64,000 nucleotides of DNA, taken from the human T2T-CHM13v2.0 reference genome, Homo sapiens. A program made the translations under genes and the position numbers. Each line of letters starts with the position of its first letter. The stretch's first letter is position 1. This document shows, in pieces, positions 53,461-64,000 of this stretch. The notes beneath the pieces are model-generated. The model did no database searches. It was not told the origin of the DNA and saw nothing but the letters and a program-made list of their open reading frames with translations. The stretch lies in NCBI RefSeq assembly GCF_009914755.1, contig NC_060932.1, one strand, 5' to 3'.

Positions 53461-53504
53461 ATATGTATTATTTTGCCTTAAACACTAAAGGTATTTAAAA
53501 ATAC

Positions 53505-53725
<221 letters not shown>

Positions 53726-53742
53726 ATAAAAATATTTTTAAA

Positions 53743-54150
<408 letters not shown>

Positions 54151-54395
54151 TCATATCTCTATTATACATACCAAGTGGGCATATCTTTTGGGGCTGGGGG
54201 GAAACTCCAGAATTCATACCTTCATACCTTCCTTGCAAGGGTTATGAATCCTAGTTGTGCACTTTGGTGCCTGAGTAAACCTTCTTCCAAAAAGAATGAT
54301 ATTCGACCCAGTGATCTTTGGCAAAGGTCCTTTCCAGCTAAAAATTTCTGTGGTTCTATGAGATCTGAGATGGATGCTTAGGTTAGGAGTCAGTG

Positions 54396-54743
54396 ATTAT
54401 CTTAGTCTGTTAAGGCTACTATAAGGATATAATTGCCTGGGTGGTTTATAAACCAGTCATTTATTTCTGGAAGTTCTGGAGGATGGAGGTCCTCATGATT
54501 AAGGGACCAGCAGATTCCACATCTGGTGAAGGCTGACCTCCTGGATGTCTTCTCCCTGTGTCCTCATTTGGCAGAAGAAGGGAGAGGGAGCTGTCTGGGG
54601 TCTCTTTTATAAGGGCGCTGACCCCAGGAAGAACCCTCATGACCTAATCACCTCCCAAAGGCCCCACTTCTTAATATTCTCACATTGGAGTTTAGGTTTT
54701 AACCTATGAATTTTGGGGGGATATAAACAGTCAGTCTGTAGCA
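54396..54743 (-). mobile_element. MLT1A-type MaLR solo LTR
   Basis: tcttagtctg...ctcatgacctaatcacctcccaaaggccccac...cagtctgtagca. Confidence 0.85.
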
Positions 54744-55431
54744 GTGATTTATCATTTGTTCAGAAAATAATGTAAAACAAATATATTCTGCTCAGTGTCT
54801 ATGCCTTGGCCAAAGGAAACAGAAAACACATATGATATTCCTATATCATACATGATGAGGTACAGGGAAGACCGGTAAGGATAAACTTGCTCTTGCTTGT
54901 CATAGTTCTATAAAATAATACAACAAAATAACTTGACTAATTGAGCCCATAAGAAAACAATTTCTAAAAATATTTTGTGTGTGTGCTAGAAATCGTCACT
55001 AGCACCAGTTAGTGTTGAAGCCAAAGAACAATGATTAATTCACTTATAGGATTTGGGTCAGTTATTATTTATTATTGTTATTATTTATCCTTAGAATTGG
55101 GCAAATATTGGAGTTATACAATCATATTATTTCAAGGAAATCTCCCCAAAGAAAATAATAACCTTCATCAATATGTAAATCCATTCTACTTGGCCTTTGT
55201 GAAATCTAAATATTGACTCCCTCCTTCTTCAACGTTTTTGTCCACATCAGTCATCTTTAAAAATGCAACTGCCTAATTTCTAGAAAGTCAGTATCACAGC
55301 TCAAGTCATTACGGCAGAAGGAAGGGTAGTCTCAGTCCTGTTTTTAGGATAATTAGGACATCATCCACGGGGCAGGCTTGAGTCTTTTGGTTCGGGAATT
55401 TTCTGCCCTGAGAAAAGACATCATTGAGATA

Positions 55432-55763
55432 CAGGTAGAGTGTTCCTTATCCAAAATGCTTAGGACCAGAAGTGTTTCAGATTTTAGATTTTGGAATATT
55501 TGCATATACATAATGAGATAGCTTGGGGATGGGACCCAAGTCTAAACATGAGATTCATTATGTTTCATATACACCTTCTACACATAGCCTGAAGGTAATT
55601 TTAAACAGCAGTTGTAATAATTTTGTGCATGAAACAAAGTTTTGACTGTGTTTTGACTGTGACTGGCCACATGAAATTAGGTGTGGAATTTTCCACTGTG
55701 GTGTCATGTTGACAAGCAAAACGTTTTGGATTTTAGATTGTTGGATTAGGGATGCTCAACCTG
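55432..55763. mobile_element. Tigger4b/MER46-type MITE
   Basis: TIRs caggtagagtgttccttatcc / ggattagggatgctcaacctg. Confidence 0.8.
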
Positions 55764-55886
55764 TGTAGATTTATCATTTTTAAAAATGCTTCCATCTTTG
55801 AAGGAACTTTCATGTAATCCTGTTCAGAAGAATGTAGAACGAAATTTAAGGCAGGTTCTTCCCATACCTTCATCTAAGGAAGCTTA

Positions 55887-57010
<1,124 letters not shown>

Positions 57011-57139
57011 CAGGATGTGGGGTGAGGGAATTAGGCTCTACCATGGTGATCTTGTGGAAATTCAAAGAGTAGAGGTGCATAGACACACAATGTTAAAGAA
57101 GCATTATAGTTTTTCTTTTTTATCTTTGTGTGTGTGCAT

Positions 57140-57262
57140 GTGTGTAGAGATGGGCTCTCACTGTGTGGTCCAGGCTGGTCTCAAACTCCTGGGCTCAAGC
57201 GATCCTCCTGCCTTCGTCTCCCAAAGTGTTGGGATTACAATCATGAGCCACCACACCTGGCC
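57140..57262 (-). mobile_element. Alu left monomer (FLAM-like)
   Basis: gtagagatggg...gagccaccacacctggcc. Confidence 0.8.
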
Positions 57263-57552
57263 TTTTGCTTTTTTATCTTAATAATTAAAATTGTGTGTGT
57301 GTGTGTGTGTGTGTATGTGTGTGTTTACAATGGGTACAGAAGGAACAGAGCCATGAATTATGTTTCACAATCTGTGTAGGAGATATCTTTTGACAGTTTT
57401 ATCCAGTTTCCAACAGTTAAATATTTTTGTTTCCTCTAAGAAGACAGAGGTCAGTGTGACCCCCTCGCTCCATAAATGGACATTTCACTTACTGAGTTGA
57501 GGCCAGCTGAACCACTCCTGAGCCACAGGCAGGAATCTCTTTTGTTCTCTGG

Positions 57553-57640
57553 GCAGAGCTGAATTTACTATGAAGCTGAGGAAGCCTAAGCTTCAGTCCC
57601 CTCCCTTGCATGGGCCCCTTCATACTAGTGTGGCCCTAGC
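57553..57640. mobile_element. hAT-Tip100 (ORSL-like) fragment
   Basis: gaatttactatgaagctgaggaagcctaagcttcag...gggcccc. Confidence 0.45.
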
Positions 57641-57989
57641 ACTGTGTTCATGGGGTCCTTTAGCATTTTTCTTAAAGAGTGCTTCCCCAGTTTTTAGGCT
57701 TCCTGCTTCACAAAATCAGGCCTTGGCAACCTGTTTGATGCCTCCTTTCTTTGCTGAGCCTTGCTACTTTTTCCCAGATGGGGAGAGGCTCCTGGGTGTC
57801 ATTTCCCTCATCAACATAGTTTCTTGGAAGAAACCACCCTAAAAGGAAGTATAGCGAAAGAGCATCCCAAAGAAAGAGATGTTAAAATTAATCCTTTTGC
57901 ACCTCCCACATAAAGTATGCCTTTTATGCTCTGGCCCAATTTTTTGTGCCTTTGAGGATTCTCATTTGTATCAGTAGGGGTCCTTGGGT

Positions 57990-58289
57990 TTTTTTTTTTT
58001 TTCTTTTCTTTTTAGACAAGGTCTCGCTCTGTCACCCAATCTGGAATGCAATGCCACAATCACGGCTTACTTCAGCCTTGACCTTCTGGGCTCAAGCGAT
58101 CCTCCTGGGCTCAAGATTAGCTGGGACTACAGGCGAACACCACCACGCCTGGCTACTTTTTAATTTTTTTATAGAGATGGGGTTTTGCTATGTTGCTCAG
58201 GCTGGTCTCAAAGTCCTGGGCTCAAGTTATCTTCCTGCCTCAGCCTCCAAAAGTGCTGGGATTATAGGAAGATGCCACTATGCCTGGCT
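57990..58289 (-). mobile_element. AluJ-type
   Basis: antisense Alu. Confidence 0.85.
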
Positions 58290-58844
58290 GAAATGCTCTT
58301 TTTTTATGGTACTTTGGCTCAACTGGCAAATGCCTTCTTGAAATGAGCATTTCACACTTTGGTCACCACACAGTCACTTAGATGAAACCCACAGGCTGCC
58401 CAGTAACATGGGCTCCCACTGGGCATTTGGGGAAGGGCACACCCTGCCTGGAGTGGTGAGCACTGCTAGGCCTGCTCTCCGCCCTTTTCCACCCTCTGGG
58501 TGTCTTCAAAGCTGGCTGTTTTCTACACTAACTTCTGGCAGGTCTGGATTTTCCGTATAAGGGCTTTTTTGGCCAGTACTTCCTTATACTGAAGAATTTT
58601 ATATTAGTTCCCTTTCAGATTCGAAAATCAATCTTTAGTCAACCTAAAACATTATTCCTGGAGTGGGGCTTGACTGTATGTGGGGAAGAGGAGAGGGAGA
58701 GACTGATGCAAATATGCACACACACATACTTTTTGCATACAATTTCAGGGAGGCCAGGACCTTCTGAAACCCTTCCTTGCTAAGCCTCTGCTGTAGAGGG
58801 TGAAATGCAGCCAAGTTAACTTGTTAACAACAACAAAAAGGCCG

Positions 58845-58945
58845 TAACAATACTTTCCTCCTGAGATTGTAGGAGTAAGTGGGGGAGATTAAATGAGACG
58901 ATTCATGTAAAGTGTAGTGTCTAACACATAGTAAGCAGTTATAAT
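58845..58945. mobile_element. MIR fragment
   Basis: gattaaatgagacgattcatgtaaagtg...acacatagtaagc. Confidence 0.6.
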
Positions 58946-59029
58946 TGTTCACTTTTCTTTTGGGGCTTAAATGATCTTACTTGTTTTCACGAGTTCCTTA
59001 GGTAATAACAATACTAACAGCCTTTGTTT

Positions 59030-59800
59030 TTCCATGGCCTGTTGTTTGCCTTTTAACTTGAAGGCACACAGTCAGAAGCTTCATTTTTTTAAATGTAACC
59101 AAATCTATCTTTATTTTGTGTCTGATTTCATTAATTACTTGTAAGTTGTATCCTCATCCTTCCTACAGAGCTCTGATAGATTCTGTTGCTTATAGACTGT
59201 TTTCTCCCAATGGTTCGATTTTTATTATTTAGTCATCTAATCCATCTGGAATTTATCCTGGTATATGCTCTGAGGTAAGGGTTTAACTTGATCTTTTTCC
59301 CATTGCCAGCCAACTATGCTCCAATCATAAATCTTCCTTCTCCTTACATATTGTAACATGTTCTTTATATTTTTGTTGTTTGTTCTTTTTTTTTGAGATA
59401 GAGTCTCGCTCTGTTGCCCAGGCTGGAGTGCAGTGGCACGATCTTGGCTCACTGCAACCTCCGCCTCCCGGGTTCAAGCCATCTTTTTTGGTATATAATA
59501 AATTCCTGTATCTTGTAAGATCTTTTCCTGGGCTTTCTGTTCTGTGTTACAGAACAAAGATCTGGCTATTTTTGCATAAATGTGTCTCAATGTCTTGTAG
59601 GACTAGTCTATTCTTCACTCTTCTTGTTGGTGTTGTTTTTTTTTGTTTTTTTTTTTACAAAATCTAAAATATGTTCACCAGTTTATTTTTCCAGATAAAC
59701 TTTTAAACATTATTGACGAATTCTAAGAAAAATCCCCTCGGAATTTTGATTGAAATCAAATTAGCCCTGTAAGTTAACTGGGTGGTATTGCCATCTTAGC
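59030..59800 (-). mobile_element. L1ME-type fragments containing a 5'-truncated Alu (59365-59479, minus)
   Basis: taatccatctggaatttatcctggtatat; ggaattttgattgaaatc. Confidence 0.6.
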
Positions 59801-60394
59801 AACAGTGTTTTACCAACTTGGAGTTTCAGGACCAAAATACAGTAATCAAAATTTTACTCCAAAGAGATAAAAGCTGGAGTTTACAGGATGCTGTGTATCA
59901 TGTCACAGAGTTGGCTGCTTATTTTCCCATCTTTTTATTTCTTAGAAATACAGGAAGATTATTGGTCACAAACACATGAGTTACTGTAATGAAATTCCCC
60001 CAAATCCCTAGACTAAGGAATTAAGTTGGAGTTGGTGTCACAGTTATTTTTGAAAGCTTTTTGTGATTTTATTCTTTTCTTCTGGGTGGACCTTTTCTCC
60101 CCACATCCTCCTAGCAGTGAATCTGCTTTTGCCTTTCACTGCCCCTTCCAACCACCATCCCAATCTGTTACCTTGTAACTTCTTAGTGACAAGAAGACGT
60201 ATGGTCTCCTGAAGATTCACAATATATTTATGAGGATAGTGAGTAGAATATTTTATATTAGGGTGATCTCAAAACATTTGGGCTATATGATTAATGTTCT
60301 ACTAATCCATAAGGATGCATTGTTTAGGACATTTATTTTATTTTGGAGGTGGGGAAAAGAAGAAGGAATAAAATGGCTGTAGGAGAAGAAATAT

Positions 60395-60694
60395 TCTTCT
60401 TTTTTTTTTTTTTGAGGTGGAGACTTGTTCTGTCCCCCAGGCTGGAGTGCAGTGATGCAATCCTGGCTCACTGCAACTTCTGCCTCCTGGGTTCAAGCGA
60501 TTCTCTTGTGTCAGCCGTCTGAGTAGCTAGGATGACAGGTGCGTGCCACATGCCCAGCTAATTTTTGTATCTTTAGTAGAGACGGGGTTTCGCCGTGTTG
60601 GCCAGGCTGGTCTCGAACTCCTGACCTCAGGTGATCCACCTGCCTCGGCCTCCCAAAGTGTTGGGATTACCGATGTGAGCCACTGCGCCTGGCC
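60395..60694 (-). mobile_element. AluSx-type
   Basis: antisense Alu. Confidence 0.9.
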
Positions 60695-60936
60695 AGGAAT
60701 ATTATTCTACTTAAATGTCCTGAATTCCTTCAGCCTCTTTAATTCAAGTCTTAAATTCCACCCTCCCCACAAACAGGTAAGTGTAGTAAAGCAGATATCT
60801 CAAATTTGAAGTAATGTCCTTTACTAGAATCTTAAATTTATAAACAACATAGAGGAAGTTTCAGATGGTTTTCTTGTCTGAGCTCTAGGTATAAAACTCT
60901 CAGACTTGGAGTTGGACTTGGACAGCCCTCTTTTTT

Positions 60937-61574
60937 ATTTTTTATTTTAATTTTATTTATTTATTTATTTTTTACATTCTTGTAAATCTTTATTTTTTTT
61001 ATTTTTTATTATTTTTTTTTGCAGATTTCTTTCTTTTTCTTTTATTATTATACTTTAAGTTTTAGGGTACATGTGCACATTGTGCAGGTTAGTTACATAT
61101 GTATACATGTGCCATGCTGGTGCGCTGCACCCACTAACTCGTCATCTAGCATTAGGTATATCTCCCAGTGCTATCCCTCACCCATCCCCCCACCCCACAA
61201 CAGTCCCCAGAGTGTGATGTTCCCCTTCCTGTGTCCATGTGATCTCACTGTTCAATTCCCACCTATGAGTGAGAATATGCGGTGTTTGGTTTTTTGTTCT
61301 TGCGATAGTTTACTGAGAATGATGATTTCCAATTTCATCCATGTCCCTACAAAGGATATGAACTCATCATTTTTTATGGCTGCATAGTATTCCATGGTGT
61401 ATATGTGCCACATTTTCTTAATCCAGTCTATCATTGTTGGACATTTGGGTTGGTTCCAAGTCTTTGCTATTGTGAATAGTGCCGCAATAAACATATGTGT
61501 GCATGTGTCTTTATAGCAGCATGATTTATAGTCCTTTAGGTATATACCCAGTAATGGGACGGCTGGGTCAAATG
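60937..61574 (-). mobile_element. Young 5'-truncated L1 (L1PA2-like), about 530 bp plus a complex tail
   Basis: intact ORF2 C-terminus ...KTKHRIFSLIGGN; GAG (not ACA) at the Ta-diagnostic site; TSD gccctctttttt at 60925 and 61574; TT/AAAA endonuclease site. Confidence 0.95.
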
Positions 61575-62080
61575 CCCTCTTTTTTAATGCCTAGTCTGCT
61601 CGAAAGGAATCTGAGTTCAACAGAAGGAAACAAAATGTGCTAAATCAGTAAGAGTAATCCTCCAAGATGATATTCCTGTTTAACAGGCTCTGTAAATACA
61701 ATAGTGTTGTTTAGCAGGAAAGACCAAACATATCTATTGGAATAGAAGATATTTCTAAATTTAAAGATAGTTCACTGCTTTAAGTGGAGCTTTGTGTTTG
61801 TTTTTGGTTTGCTTGTTTTCAACTTTGGATTTGTGGTGGTTGGTGGGAAGAATTAGGGATAATGTTGGGGTTATTTTTCTTCACTTAGAATAAACAGGCT
61901 GACCTAATTCTGTTTATATCTTTTGCACTCAACAACTGCTTCTTTAATATGTTTACATCACAGAGTAGAGAACTAAAGTGAACTTTCTTATAAAGTCAAT
62001 AAACATATAGTCATGAATATTTGATGGGAATGAGAGAATCTCACAGAACTGGCTCTTCAATGACACTAGTGTAGTGTAAA

Positions 62081-62127
<47 letters not shown>

Positions 62128-62147
62128 ATATATATATATATATATAT
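62081..62147 (+). repeat. (TATC)n(TA)n microsatellite
   Basis: direct reading. Confidence 0.95.
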
Positions 62148-62427
62148 GTCCCCCCAGCTTCTCTGAAAGCTGACACAGTGTAACTCTTCTGTGTGGCAGT
62201 TCTGCTATAGGTTTGACCTGTGACCTAGGTTGAATGGTATACTTCCTGGGGAAAGCAAACTTTTCTTCTGTGATACAGAAGAAAACAGATCAATGGGTGG
62301 ATATGACAAGAGTTGTTCACCAGAGCAAAGTCTGGGCAAGGGTCTTTCAGCAGACCCCAGGTGGGGGGCTCAGCCAAGTCTTTAATAAATGCAGTTTGGA
62401 TCTTTGTTAATCTTCCTGGAACTCTGA

Positions 62428-62733
<306 letters not shown>

Positions 62734-63304
62734 TGAAAGAGTATTAGCTATGAACATACCCTGACACCTCTCTTTTAAAAAATTAGAAAGGAGCTTCTCT
62801 TTATAATTTTCTGTATAAATGCATTGTACACAGTCCTGATTTCGGTGTTTGGGTAGTGGAGGGAAGATTGTAATTCTATAGATGTTTGTAGTCTACAGGT
62901 AAAGGATAATTAGGTAAATATCTGATCTTGCAAGGTTAAGACTGTCATGTTAACATATTTGAATGCGGTCAGATGCTGTTATTGGCAATGTTGTCTTGAT
63001 TAGACATCATCATGCCCTTGCCTGGTTAGACTGAGGTAGGGCAGAAAAGCAGATAGGGTGGCCACAGCCTCCTGTTGGCAATGGCACGTCTTCACTGACA
63101 GGGCTAGAGTGTTCCTAGTTGTGACTTTGCAACCTGTACCAGGTAAGAACGAAGCCAGGACTAGGAGCAGCAGACTGAGAGGAGTGGTCCAGCTAATGGA
63201 CTCATATTCATTACTGCTTACACTAAGTTCAAGAACTTGCAGAGGAGTGATTTTCAGAAACCTTAGGCATTTATTTGCTAGTCCAGTCTCAAGAAGTTGC
63301 TGCA

Positions 63305-63596
63305 GGCCGGGTGCGGTGTCTCACACCTATAATCCCAGAACTTTGGAAGTGGGTGGATCACCTGAGGTCAGGAGTTCAAGACCAGCCTGGCCAACATGAT
63401 GAAACCCCGTCTCTACTAAAAAATAAAAAAATTAGCTGGGCATGGTGGCAGGAACCTGTAATCCCAGCTACTTGGGAGGCTGAGGCAGGGAGAATCGCTT
63501 GAACCCAGGAGGCGGAGGTTGCAGTCAGCTGAGACTGCACCACCGTGCTCCAGCCTGGGTGACAGAGTGAGACTCCATCTCAAAAAAAAAAAAAAG
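63305..63596 (+). mobile_element. AluSx-type with small 5' deletion
   Basis: TSD ttgctgca. Confidence 0.9.
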
Positions 63597-63907
63597 TAAA
63601 TTGCTGCATAGGTGAGGCTTAATCTTACTGGGGCCATCACTTGGTCCTGGGTTCTGTTATTTTCTGGCCCAGAAACTAGATTTCCCCAGGGGGAGTCAGG
63701 CTTTAGGAATTTATGTCACCTTAGCCAAACTCACAAGGACTATTTGTAAACTAGAATGTTTGTTTTTTCTTACATATATATTGAACACCTACTGAGTGTG
63801 TGGTTCTGTCCTAATTTCTGGAGGAAGTCCCAAAGGGGGGTAAAGTCCCTTTAGAAGCTTGTGGGACAGATATGTAAATAAATATGTTATATATGGTGTG
63901 CTAAGTG

Positions 63908-64000
63908 TAGAATGGCCTTACATCCTGGTCTTCTGGAGACAGTCCTGGTTTATGCCTATAGTCCCTGTGTAACTATTAAGAATGCTGTCTTTCACTTTCA
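63908..64000. mobile_element. MER94/MER81-type hAT-Blackjack MITE, cut by the window end
   Basis: gacagtcctggtttatgcct...gtaactattaa...ctttcactttca. Confidence 0.6.

Noticed and set aside
53463-53490. ATG...AAG|GTATTT as another coding first exon
   Set aside because: Weak donor, phase 1 does not match the upstream exon, and it borders an L2 tail
61252-61494. 80-aa ORF with a real protein match
   Set aside because: C-terminus of L1 ORF2p in a 5'-truncated copy with no promoter; not a gene

Overview
Human-like (great ape) genomic DNA, rich in repeats, with no prokaryotic content. It holds about 50 Alu copies or fragments plus old L1M, L2, MIR, MaLR/ERVL LTRs and DNA-transposon fossils. The only convincing coding sequence is a short first exon in a CpG island (ATG 36351 to donor 36428, MGGSHSQTPRGREPAGERHPRPTETA). 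I recognise it from memory as the alternative upstream first exon of TACC1 (8p11), which would make 1-35.8 kb upstream intergenic DNA and 36.4-64 kb a long first intron. Nearly all ORF-track entries are Alu, L1, CpG-island or simple-repeat artefacts. I see no clear new multi-gene system. The best leads are: an MGxxxS myristoylation-type N-terminus on this exon; a divergent antisense splice donor; a 1.4 kb UG-rich intronic array with a candidate cryptic exon; a strong CTCF site inside a 43-bp inverted repeat; a young L1 whose tail appears to carry two stacked micro 3' transductions; a rearranged AT-rich palindromic element; a Y1 RNA retrocopy; and several local templated duplications or inversions. 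Repeat subfamily names and boundaries were judged by eye and are approximate.
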